DNA from: the human T2T-CHM13v2.0 reference genome, Homo sapiens
Assembly: GCF_009914755.1 (NCBI RefSeq)
Contig: NC_060940.1
DNA length: 64,000 nt
Direction: 5' to 3' (one strand)
The first letter of the stretch is position 1. Each line of letters starts with the position of its first letter. A model generated the notes under the pieces. It was not told the origin of the DNA, did not search any database, and saw only the letters and a program-made list of their open reading frames with translations. Position numbers and translations under genes: made by a program. Below, in pieces: positions 51,025 to 64,000 of this stretch.

Positions 51025-51262
51025 ATAATATGGTTGTTATGAGCAGAGGCTTTGCAGACAGAATTTAGTTTCACATTTTTGTACAATTATTAATGTATAG
51101 CTTTGGAAAAGTTACTTAATATTACTGTGTCTCAGTTTTGTCATCTGTAAAAGAGGAGTATGAAATTTACCACCTTCTGTTATTTTGAGGTTTAAATGAG
51201 GAATATATGTAAAGCATTAAGAAGTGGATTATTGAATGCACTATACACATTAGTTATTATCT
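51025..51262 (+). mobile_element. MIR
   Basis: aagttacttaa..ctgtgtctcagttttgtcatctgtaaaa...ttaaatgag..tatgtaaagca. Confidence 0.8.
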
Positions 51263-51394
51263 TTAATACTTTCAAATTATAAGTGAGGGACATCAAATCC
51301 CAAGTGTTTCAATGAATTATCATTTTCAAATAGCATAACCTTTCCAAGTTTCATTGTCCTGAAGCCCACATCCTCTTGGGATATAAAAAATTAC

Positions 51395-51605
51395 TAGCAC
51401 TGTCTCTAGAGTTAGACTTTTTGAGTTTGAATACTAGCTCTTACCTGTTAACTGTGTGCTGGAATTTTTCTAACATCTTCAAATCTCAGTTTTCTCATGC
51501 ATAAGTAAAATAATAGTTAATTCTTAAGATTGTTTTGAGTTTGGAATGATTTTTTTAGAGCATTATTCTCAACGTCAAACACAAAGTCAGCACTCAATAA
51601 ATGGT
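51395..51605 (+). mobile_element. MIR
   Basis: gagtttgaatactagctct...tctcagttttctcat...gcactcaataaatg. Confidence 0.65.
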
Positions 51606-52323
51606 GTCAGTGACGATGGTGGTGATGATTAGGTGATGATGATTCTGCTAGTTTATTCTTACATAAACGTTACTTTTGTGAAAAGAATAATTTAAAATTC
51701 TTTTAACAAACAATTCCATTTCTTAATAGGGAGGAACAATGTAGTATAACTTTTTTTACTGTATTGTTAATGTTCTGGACTACCTGTAATTGTTATAGAT
51801 GATTTTTTTCCAATCTAATTATATACCCCTAAAAGGAAAAGAGAAATTAAATCAGCATCAATACATGATTTAAACAATAAAACATCCAGAAAGTTATTTC
51901 AGAATACATTGAGTTTCAATAATTAATAACTCATTGATAGAAATAGTGCTTAATATATTACAATTGAGTCCTAGCTCATATTTCAGACACACAACTAATA
52001 TTTAAATATAATATGTTATACTCTTGACATTTGTGCAGACAACTCATGAACTAGAGCCCATGATTTATTCACATCTGTTATAACACATTCTGATAATTTA
52101 TTTGGAAGAAAGCAATCTGCATTAATCATTTATTAATTATTAATAAAATATAAGTGCTGCATTAAAGAACTGCTGTTCAAAAATAACCTTTTCTTGAAGC
52201 CAAGGACTTATTTATTTTCACCCTGCAATTTGTAAAGATTAATCACCTTTTAAGGCATTGTCCTCCAGTTTGACCCTGTGAACCTTTGAGGGAATACCTC
52301 TCACATTCAGATAGGATTGCATC

Positions 52324-53118
<795 letters not shown>

Positions 53119-53630
53119 GTGTCCTTTTACCACCTCTCCCAGCATGCCCACAAAAGCCTCCAAAGGCTTCTCTGAAGAAAACAAACACACAAAAAGCTTG
53201 CATGATGTTATTAGAGAACTCTGAGCAAAACCTCCAATGCCTGTCATTTACAAGATTAGTAAATTGAAGACATAGCAATGGAAATGATCTAAAATGACAA
53301 AGAACAGAATAATAATCACAAAAAAAGAACAGAGCATCAGTGAGCTGTAGAACAACCTCAAGTGGCTTATTATATGTGCAATTAGAATTCCTAAAGAAAA
53401 TAAAGGGAAGAACATAAATAATGTTGCAGAAATAATTGGAGAAAAATTTTCGCATTTTATTTAAACCATAAAGCCACAGATTAAAGAAGCTTAATGAACC
53501 ATGAAGAATGCTACACCAACACAAATGTCAAACACATTGCTTAAAACCAGTGTAAAAAGAAAACCTTAAAAGAAGCAGAGAGGAAAAGATACAATACATA
53601 GAGAAGAACAAAGATAGGAATAACAGAATA

Positions 53631-53920
53631 GGCTGGGCATGGTGGCCTGTAATCCCAGCACTTTGGGAGGTCAAGGCAAGTGGATTGCTTGAGCCCAGGT
53701 GTTCAAGACCAACCTAGGCCACATGGTGAAAACCAATCTCTACAAAAGATACAGAAATTAGCTGGGGTTGGTGGTGCATGTCTGTGGTCCCAGCCACTCA
53801 GAAAGCTGAGGTGGGAGAATCAGCTGAGCCTGGGAGGTGGATGTTGCAGTGAACTCACATCATGCCAATGCACTCCAGCCTGGGCAACAGAGTGAGACCC
53901 TGCCTCAAAAAAAAAAAAAG
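53631..53920 (+). mobile_element. AluJ SINE
   Basis: ggattgcttgagcccagg diagnostic; polyA. Confidence 0.9.
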
Positions 53921-53989
53921 AATTTTTTTTTGCCAGGAAACAATGTGAATAAAAAAAAAAATTTTTAAATGGAGCAATGTGCTGAAGGA

Positions 53990-54023
<34 letters not shown>

Positions 54024-54436
54024 CAACCTAAAATTCTATGGCTAGAAACAATATTTTCAAAAATAAAGATAAAGTAAAACATTGTAGACCTTTAAAAATT
54101 AAAATAATTATCACCAGTAGTTTTGCAGTGCAAGAAGAAATTTAAGTAGAAGGACAAAATACATGGAAATCTGAATATACACAAATAAGAGAACATTGGA
54201 AATGATTACCACATGGGTAAATGCTAAAGTAGTTTCTTATTTAAATCTTTGAAAGGGATAATTGGGTCTTTAAAGCAAAATTAGTAACAATATCTTCAGA
54301 TATTTATAATATATGCTGACCTCACAGGTACGATAGTACAAAACTTGGTGAAAGGAATAAATGGATACACTCCTTTAAGGTCCCTATACTATATACGAAG
54401 TGATATACTTTTAATAAAAGATAGACCCTGATAACT

Positions 54437-54555
54437 TATATATATATGTATATATGTGTATATATATATGTTTTATATATATGTATATATATGTTGTATA
54501 TATATGTTTATACATGTATGTTTTATATATATGCACACACACACATATATGTATA
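54437..54555. repeat. (TA)n-rich microsatellite
   Basis: Direct reading. Confidence 0.85.
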
Positions 54556-56804
54556 CCAAAAGGAGATATAGCTAGTAAGCCCAATAAGCCAACAAAGGAG
54601 ACAAAATGGGAATTTGTTTCATCTCAATTGATGCAGAAAACACATTTGACAAAATCTTACATCAATTCCTGACAAAACATCTAAATAAACTAGAAATAAT
54701 AAGGAATCTTCTCAACCAGATAAAGCACATCCTCGAAAATATCTGCCAGTAACATACTTTAATAGTGAAAATTGAATGCTTTGTTCCAAAGCAATATTAA
54801 ACACTTTCGTTGCTTGAATTCAACATTGTACTCAGATTCTCTAGTCAGTGTAATAGATGTAAAAAGGAAATCAAAGTTGTCATATTGAAAGTAAAAAACA
54901 ACTTTATTTGTAGTCAATATGATTTACATTGTAAGAAAATCATAAGGAATCTACAAAAAAAAAAAAAAATGTTAGGGGTAACAAGTGAATTTAGCAACAT
55001 TGTAGTATATAATGTAAATAAAATCCAATTATGTTTCCAGATACTGATATAGAAATACCAGAAATTGAAAACAAAAAATTCTCTTTATGTCAGATATATT
55101 AAATAAATATTCAGGGATAAATCTGACACACTATATGCGATTCCAGTACACTGAAACCTACACAATATTTTTGAGAGAAACAACAAGTAAATTAATGGAG
55201 AAGTATTCTCATTTTCCTGGATCAGAAGACTCAAATTGATAATTTAATAATTCTCCCTAAATTAATTATAGATTCAACACGATCTCAATCAAAATGCCAA
55301 CAGAGCATTATTTGGTTTTAGAAAATGACAAGCTGGTCCAAAACTCCATATAGAATTGCAAAGAACCTAGATTACTGAAGACAAAATTGAATAAGAACAA
55401 CCAATTAGTGAGGCTTACACTGTCTTAGTTCAATACATATTACAAAGTTACAATAATTAAGAAAAATGTAATATTGGTGTCAATAGGCAGAGAGATAAAT
55501 GGTACATACTAGGGCCGAGATACAGACCAGATACATTTAGTGGAATAATCTTCAACAAAGCTGCAAAAATAAGTGAGCGGAGAAAAATGTCCTTTCAACA
55601 AATGGTGCAAAAACACTTGGGAGATTGGTATATATATATGTATATATCCATAAATATATATATACACACACACATATATATATGTCAAAAATAAAGAACT
55701 TCCTTTTATTGTATTGTAGAAAAAATTAACTCAAAATCAATCATAGACTTAAATATAAAGCCTATAACTATAAAAATTTCTAGAGAAAAACATGGAATAA
55801 ATCTTCATGACTTCTAGTTAGGCAAAGCTATTTAAAGATATGACACAAAAGCACAATTCATAAAAGAAACAAAATGATAAATTGCACTTGAAATGTCTGC
55901 TTTTTGAAAGATCCTGTTATGAAACTAAGCAAGTAAGGCACAAAATTAAGAAAAAAAATTGCGAATACCATAAAGGGATTGGATCCAGAATGTATAAAAG
56001 ACTCAAAACTCAACAAACAAGCAACCCAATTAAAAAATGTGCAAAAGTGTACCCCTTACCGAAGAAGATATACAAATAGCAAATAAGCATGTGGAAAGAA
56101 ACTCAGCACCATCAATCCTTAGGAACATGTAAATTTCAACCTCAAAGAGATAGTACAATATATGTCTAAATTGGCTAAAATTAAAATTTCTGAACATTCC
56201 AAGAGTTGCTGAGGATTTAGAAGAATCAGAACTCTCAGATACTGCTGGTGGAAATAATAAACAATAGACCTTTTTGGGGAGCAGTTTGCACTTCTAGATA
56301 CTGAACAAACAGATATAAAAGCATAAATCCATAAAGATATTTGCACATAAATGCTCACAGCAGCCTTATTTGCAAGATCCAAAACTTAGAAAGAACTTAA
56401 ATATTCATCAATAACAATGAAAAGGTACAAGCTATTGTAGGCATCTTGGAATCACAGCGGTGAGAAAGAACCAGACAAGGAGTGCATATTATTTCATTTA
56501 CATATGTAATTCCAGGAAATACTAAATAACATAGTGACAGATGTAGATCAGTCAGTGCTTGGGTACCAGGAAGAGTGCATGGGAAGGAGGGATTATAAAT
56601 GAGTATGGTGAGTTTGGATGTTATTGGATACATTCATTATCTTATCTGTGGTGATGGTTTTATGTATACATATGTATACAACTATATACATATGCAGTTT
56701 GTTGCAGACAAATTGTACCTAAATAAAGCTGTTAAAAGTCACATAGATTTACTTCTTGGGAGGTGGCTCCTTCCTAGGATGGAAAGAATGTGATGGTAAG
56801 AATA

Positions 56805-57197
<393 letters not shown>

Positions 57198-57911
57198 CTA
57201 GCACATTTTGTTATCTGTCTCTTCCGGTCCTCACTTCCCCTTGTATTTGAACCATCTTTCTCCTTTTCCCCTGAAGTCCATACCTTTGTTCTATTTCCAG
57301 TAGTTTCTCCTCATTACGAGCCTCTGATTTTTGCTGGTTATTCTATATATCCCTGAGAATTCAAGCCATTCCAGGCAATCAGACCTTCCCACACGATCCT
57401 TACACCTTATGTAACAATATAAAAGAGAGCCCTAGAGCCCTTTGAACTTACCCATGTACTGGAACATCTGAAGCCCACTCTCAAAATTTACTGTAGTACT
57501 CAGAAACCCAGTTGTGGCCGCCACTGTCAGTAGGGAGCTCTTCTTTAGATAATGAGTGCTTGTTAACCATTTTTCTATTCCACAGCTTTTAGGATGATCA
57601 GAAGTTTCCTTTGTCATACCTCAGCTTGCTCCCGCATGGCAGTCTTAACCCACATGCCTCTTGTTACTCTTGGTGGTTGGCCTCACCTGTTTTTATCTGT
57701 CTTTTGCAAGAATACTTTCTCCCCTAGTTTTTATTATTTTTGTTTTTGTTGTTTTAAGATGTTGGCTTTTACTTATTTATTTTATTTTTTGGGGGAGTGT
57801 GGGGGCTAGTTCTCCTAGTTGCTTTCTGTATTAGGAGATTTGAACATATTAAGGCCAATGCTATTGCTGCCATATTGCTCTCTCACTAATCCTTCTAACT
57901 ACATTTTACAA

Positions 57912-58185
57912 ATAATCTTTTTATCTCAGAACACTTTTAGATCTTCAGAAAAGTTTTGAGCATAATACAGAGTTGTCTCACACCCAGTCTACCCTATTAT
58001 AATTTTATATTAGTTAGATAGGTTTGTCGCAATGAGCATTCATACTTAATTCAGGTTTCCTTAGTTTTAATCTGATGCCCTTTTTCTGTCCCAGATGCCA
58101 TTTAAGATATATTACATCTAATCGTCATTCCTCCTTTAGGTTCTTCTTGGCTGTGACAGTTTCTCAGACGTACCTTGGTTTTGCT
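57912..58185 (-). mobile_element. L1MC/MD 3'UTR fragment
   Basis: ttttagatcttcagaaaagtt...tttttctgtcccag...ggctgtgacagtttctcagac. Confidence 0.7.
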
Positions 58186-59639
58186 GTCGTTGTTGTTATT
58201 ACTTATCAACAGTCTTTATCTTTTCAGTAGACTATTTAATTAATGGGAAAAATTTTCATGTTTGCTCACTTCACTGTTGTATCCCCATTACATTGTGCTC
58301 TTAGGTATTGTTGAATAAATAAAAGATGAAAACTAAATAAGTGTATTAGTTAAATGTGGTTAGTCTGATTTTTCTTATGAACAAAAAGCTAAAATTAGTA
58401 TTATATATGCCTTTAAAGAAAACATGAAAAATGAATAAATTATTAGTATATATAAATATTATTTGGTAGGCAATGTTTTACCGCATGCATGCTCAATGAG
58501 AGAAAGTGTTTTGTGAAACAATTACTTTGTATTAAAATACTTGCAGGTCACTGATGTCATCCATCATTTATACTTTACGAAAATTAAATTAAGTTCAAAA
58601 TAAGGCAAGCTTCCAGGATGGTAAACTGACTTACAAATTGAATATATAACTTATAAATTACTTATGATGAAGATCAAGTTCAATTTTATTATTGTTTATC
58701 AGTAACTATCTTTAAAAATAGTTTAAAATAGTTCATTACCATTTAATTTGCCTGAATTCTCTAAAATTATGTTAAATATATATGTGTATGCCCTTTATTT
58801 AACACATTTAAACAGCAGTACAATCACAAATGTGGCTCAAAATATGGGCTTGTCCTTCACTTCAAAAGAATTCCACTGTTTTCTTTTTGAAGTGTAGTTT
58901 GACGTCCAGGTGGAGCAGTTTGTAGTTTCCAAATGACCATCTGTGGAAACCGACACATTTTTCAGCCATTCTTTCCTCTTAAAAGTAATGAACAATTTCT
59001 GGGGGGCAAGTGAATAAGCTGTCTGTGGTGTATTGATATAAAACTGCTTTTTTCCCCCACAGTAAGAATGGGAATCCTGTAGATAACAAATTATTGCAGT
59101 CAGGAACAGCAAGTATCTCAGGAACCTGGAGACAAGATGACTTTAATAAATCCTGCAATGCCTATTTGCAGTGAAAGTTTAGAAACATCAAACTTGTTAC
59201 CAAAGCAATTCCCTTTCTCCCTTTTACTGAAGGGAAAGAACAGTTAGATACTTTTCCTAAAATAATATCAGTGTATCAGGTCAACTATTTATAAAATTAT
59301 CATTTGTGCCTATGGTCAAATTCATATAAAACGATACGTGAAAAACTGCCTCTAGATCTGTATATCAAACTTTGAGAGGGATATAGGTCAATGAGAGCAA
59401 ACTAGAAGATATTATAAGTGGTAGGGAAGTAAAGTTTCACTACCTGCTACATACTGTTTACCTGCAACTTATATTTATTACTCCTTGTAGATAAAACATG
59501 AGGTATTTAATATATCATTACTATATGTATTTTATAGAAGAAAAAGGTGGAGTTAAATTTTCCAAGAACGTATTATAAGCAAATGGATTAGCTGAGTTTC
59601 CAGTCCACATCTGTCTGACTAAAGAAGCGAGAGTCTACT

Positions 59640-60018
59640 TGTGGTACTATGCCTGGCTGCCATAAGAAAAAAAAAAAACATGCTTGATGGCTTAAGTAAC
59701 ATAAATTTATTTCTCACAGTTCTGAAGGCTGGATGTCCAAGATCAAGGTGCTGGCAGATTTGGCTTCTTCTGAAGCCTCTCTCCTTGGCTGGCAGATGGC
59801 TGCCTTCTCACTGTGTCATCACGAAATCTGTTCATGTGATGTCTGGTGTCTCTCTTCCTCCTTAAGGATACCAGTACAGTTGGATTATGGCCCCACATTT
59901 ATAATCTCATTTAACCTTGATTACCTCTTTCAAGACCCTCTCTCCAAATACAGTCACATTGAGGATTCAGGTATCAACATATGAATTTGAGAAGGCAGAC
60001 ACAATGCAGCCCATAATA
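59640..60018 (-). mobile_element. MLT1B-like MaLR solo LTR
   Basis: aaatttatttctcacagttctg..gtccaagatcaaggtgc; perfect TSD ctact. Confidence 0.88.
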
Positions 60019-60049
60019 CTACTAGATTAGAGTCTAGCATAAAACTAGA

Positions 60050-60312
60050 GAAATGCTTGATGAAAAGGAGACTCTTTGGACTGGAGAATAAAATACTAGA
60101 TTAAGAAACTTATTTAGATGGCTGTGACACCAAAGAAGGATTTGACTTTCTCTATGTGGTTTCAGAGGATTAACCTAAAACTAATTTGAAGAAAGTACAA
60201 GACTATACATTTGGGCCTTCAAAACAAAAAGGATCTCTACAGGTGCCCCATGCATAAAACAAATGTTCTCTATGTGGTGACCTCTCTGTCTTCAAAGGAG
60301 CTGATGTTCAGA
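60050..60312 (+). mobile_element. L3/CR1 3' fragment
   Basis: tttggactggagaa..ggctgt..gaaggatttgactt..tcagagg. Confidence 0.5.
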
Positions 60313-60381
60313 ATATAGTTGAAACCTGCACTCTTCAATGTGGCAGCACTAGTCACATGTAACTATGAAAATTGAAGTTAA

Positions 60382-61651
60382 TTAATTTGCATTTCTCTAA
60401 TGATTAGTAACGTCTAGCATTTTTTCATACATTTATTGGTCACTTGTATGTGTTCTTTTGAGAAGTGTCTGTTCATGTCCTTTGCCAATATTTTAATGGA
60501 GTTATTTGTTTTTTGCTTGTTAAATTATTTAAGTTCCTTACAGATTCTAGATATTAGATCTTTGTCAGATGCATAGTTTGCATGTATTTTCTACCATTCT
60601 GTAGGATGTCTCTTTACTCTTTTGATAGTTTCTTTTGCTGTATAGAAGCTCTTTAGTTTAATTAGGTACCTCTTGTCAATTTTTGTTTTTATTGCAATTG
60701 CTTTTGGGGCCTCAGCCATAAATTATTTGCTAAGGCCAATGTCCCGAATGGTATTTCCTAGGTGTTCCTCTAGAATTTTTATAGTATTAGGTCATAGACT
60801 TAAGTCTTTAATCCATCTTCAGTTGATTTTTGTTTATGGTTAAAAGTAGAAGTCCATTTAAATTCTTCTGCACATGGCTAGCTAGTTATCCCAGAACCAT
60901 TTATTGCATAGGGAATAAGGGAATAAAGGAGAAAGGGAGTCCTTTATTGTTATTGTTGACTTTAAGATCAGATAGTTGTCAGTAGGTGGCTTTATTCCTG
61001 GGTTCTTTATCTTATTCCTTTGGTCTATGTCTCTTCTTTTGTACCAACACCATACTGTTTTGGTTACTTTAGCCTTGTAGTATAGTTTGAAGTAGGATAA
61101 TGTGATACCTCCAGCTTTGTTCTTTTTGTTTAGAATTGCTTTGGCAAATCACCCTCTTTTTTTTTTTCGGTTCCATATGAATTTTAGATTAGTTAGAATA
61201 GAAATATTCAGAGAGAGAAAAATATTTTTTAAGACAAAGCCCACAGTGAGCTGTCCTTTAGTGCTGCAGAACCCCCACCTAAAAGAACAGCAATTACTTG
61301 GATGGTTTGAGCTGATGTCCTCAGCTGAGGGTTCTCATAGAAGCAACATAGCTGGCCATGGGCTTAGCCCTCAGATGTGTATATATATATTACTATTTCC
61401 TATTATACTGTTGTTCAGATTTAGTACTTGTAAATAGACACAGTAAGGAGAAATTACACATTTTTTTTCTTAAAAAGGTGTTTTTTTCTAATTCTGTGAA
61501 AAATGATGTTGTAATTTGATAAAAGTAGTGTTGAATCTGTACATTGCTTTGGGCAGTATGGCCATTTTAACAATATTGACTCTCTGTTCCATGAGCATGG
61601 GATGTTTTTTCATTTGTTTGCATTATTAATGATTTCTTTCAGCAGTGTTTT
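60382..61651 (-). mobile_element. L1PB-type inverted 5' segment (twin priming)
   Basis: Reverse-strand ORF2 sequence starting taatttgcatttctctaatgattagt. Confidence 0.88.
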
Positions 61652-62372
61652 TGAGATACCATCTCATGCCTGTCAGAATGGCTATTATTAAAAAAAGACA
61701 AAAAATAATAGATGTTGGTGAGATTTTGGAGAAAAGGGAATGCTTCCGCATTGTTGGTGAGAGTATAAATTAGTTCAGCCACTGTGGAAAGCAGTTTGGA
61801 GATTTCTCATAGAACTTAAAACAGAACTACTATTTAACCCAGCAATCCCATTACTGGGTATATATCCAAATGAAAATAAATCATTCTACCAAAAAGACAC
61901 AGGCACTCGTATATTCATCAGAACACTCTTTATGACAGCAAAAATATGGAATCATTCTAGATGCCCATCAACAGTGGACAGGATAAAGAAAATGTGGTAC
62001 ATAAAAAAGGACAAATTCATGTCCTTTGCAGCAACATGGATGCAGCTGGAGGCCATTTCCTAAGTTAACAGAAACAGAAACAGAAACAGAAAACCAATTG
62101 CTCTATATATTCTCCCTTATTCTCACAACTGGGAGCTGAACCTGGAGTATGCATGGAGATAAAGATGGAAACAAGACACTGGGCACTGCGGACTACTGTG
62201 GGGGAGGAGGGGTGGAGAGCAAGGGTTGAAAAACTACTTTTTGGGTAATGTGTTCACTACCTGGATGGATCATTCAAACATACACCTAATCTCAGCAGCA
62301 TGCAGCTTGCCCATGTAACAAACTTTCACATGTACCACCTGAACCTAAAATAAAAGTTGAAAAAAACAAATA
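61652..62372 (+). mobile_element. L1PB-type 3' segment with A tail
   Basis: tgagataccatctca...agggttgaaaaactac...gaacctaaaataaaagttgaaaaaaa. Confidence 0.9.
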
Positions 62373-62639
62373 AAAATGAATAAACTAAAATTAAATAATA
62401 TTAAATATTTAGTCCTTCAGTTGCCCCAGTGAAATTTCAATATCCAATAGGCATGTAAAATATTAACTAAAAAATTATCACTGAGATCGACAAATATAGG
62501 TTCATGTTTTCTTCCCTTTTTCTTCTCTTCTTAAGCTTAGCAATGTTTATATCTCCAGAATATAGATGTTTTCACACTTGTGACATGGTAGATGGAATTT
62601 TTGAGGCTATTTTTTTTTCTTTATTTTAATTTGTTTACA

Positions 62640-62692
62640 TTTCTTTTGAAACAAGGTCTTACTCTGGTGCCTAGGTTGAGTGCAGTGGTGTG
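62640..62692 (-). mobile_element. Short Alu 3' fragment
   Basis: ttttgaaacaaggtcttactctggtgcctaggttgagtgcagtggtg. Confidence 0.7.
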
Positions 62693-64000
62693 TAGGACAT
62701 TTTTTTTTTTTTTAAATAAGCACTTCCCTTTTACCGTCTTTGGATCTTTCCTACCTGATAAAAATTTAAAGGCAAAGTCATCATTGACATACAAGAACTT
62801 CTCAGTCTCTTTCCTGAATCATCAAGGATAAAACATCTAGGGAGGGGAGGTTTGATCATTGACTTGAATCTGTCATTATCCAACTACAGTTACATAGAAT
62901 CAAAAATTAGTCAACTTTTTTCTCATTCATGAAAGTGATAGAGAAGGTTGTTTGCTTCAGTTATATCTTATAAAAAGTACAAATACAGAGGAGGAAATTG
63001 AGATGCAGAAAGAGAAAACAACCAGTAAGTGTATGTCAGATTTCAAACTAGGATCCATATCTCCCAATTCAATCACATTGCTTTTTTTTTTCAAAAACTA
63101 TCTCATTCTTCCAATCAGTGCTTTAAAAAAATAAATCTGTACAGTTAAGTCACTGCCCTTTTCCCCTTCTCTGATAATTATTGAGAAACAATGAGTATGT
63201 TATAATTTCCAGAGTCAGATATTCAAAGAAATATTTTAAAAGATATACTGATGCCATGAAAAAAATTATCCTCAAATATTATTGAGCATCAATTACATTT
63301 AACAGACAAAGTTCTATCACTACTATTTTGAGAAAATATTATGAAGTTATTCAAAATGTTTTTGTATTAAAATCAATTTAAAATTCCAATATAATGTAAA
63401 ACCATGTATTTGTTGAACTGATTGTATATATACCTATATTTATATCTTTATATATATATCTATATGGATATACATTGATCTATATCTAGATATATAGGTA
63501 GCATTATTAATATGCATATAAAGTAGACTTTGATGTCTTCCTCTATTTATTAACATTATTAAAGAAACATTATTAAATTATAATAATTATAAAATTATTA
63601 TAAAAAGGAACATTTTTAAATTATAATTATGCAGATATTCATTTTAATTTTGATTAAAAAATAATCAAATTATATCGTATGGAAAGTCACTATTCTGACT
63701 GGTATAAAGGTTCTAGAAATTATCCTGGCCTTCTAGGAACTTACCTTCTAAAAAAAATCCAACATTTCAGTTTCTCTTTCATTATAGGACACTGTAAGTG
63801 CTATTATAGAAATATACACAAAAGCTAGTTTATTAAAGAACAAAGGCTATTTCAAACAGAAAGAATTCATAACAGAGCTGACAATTCTTTTTGGACTTGA
63901 AAGCAGAGTAGGATTTCAAAGGAAAACACATTTTTGAAAGGTGAGTGCATGCATTTTTGTAAGGTGATCTTGATCTCACTACATATGGTACTCAGGACAG

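Larger units (their letters stand above)
53270..56736 (+). mobile_element. Old L1M (MC/MD-like): ORF1 remnant joined to ORF2 RT/3' end
   Basis: ISIDAENTFDKI remnant at ~54620; ttcaacaaatggtgc; ends tgtacctaaataaagctgttaaaa. Confidence 0.82.
60326..62458. mobile_element. MER3/MER33-type MITE split by an L1PB insertion (halves ~60326-60384 and ~62385-62458)
   Basis: cagcactagtcacatgt..attgaagttaattaa resumes as aattaaataatattaaatatttagtccttcagttgc. Confidence 0.65.

Noticed and set aside
58837-59112. Possible exon in non-repeat DNA (91-aa ORF)
   Set aside because: No recognisable protein or convincing splice context; a lncRNA exon cannot be excluded from sequence alone

Overview
AT-rich, repeat-dense primate (most likely human) intronic or intergenic DNA. 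I found no protein-coding exon, CpG island or intact RNA gene, and I cannot place the locus. The longer ORFs fall in repeats or low-complexity tracts; those in unique DNA resemble no protein I recognise. The main structure is a two-LTR, minus-strand MER34/MER39-type ERV1 provirus (~15959-25482). It has a tRNA-Ser(CGA) primer-binding site, a captured full-length tRNA-Glu copy and seven nested younger insertions. Other content: old L1s (one with a twin-priming inversion), Alus, MaLR/ERV1 solo LTRs, DNA-transposon fossils, MIR/L2/L3 fragments, a tailless U2 retrocopy and a palindrome-centred minisatellite. The least-explained signals are two short duplications of apparently non-repeat DNA with almost identical offsets (2421 and 2418 bp) and a ~285-bp orphan insert inside an L1. 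I see no convincing new biological system; these are leads. Subfamily names come from my recollection of consensus sequences, boundaries of old elements are approximate, and both need RepeatMasker/Dfam confirmation.
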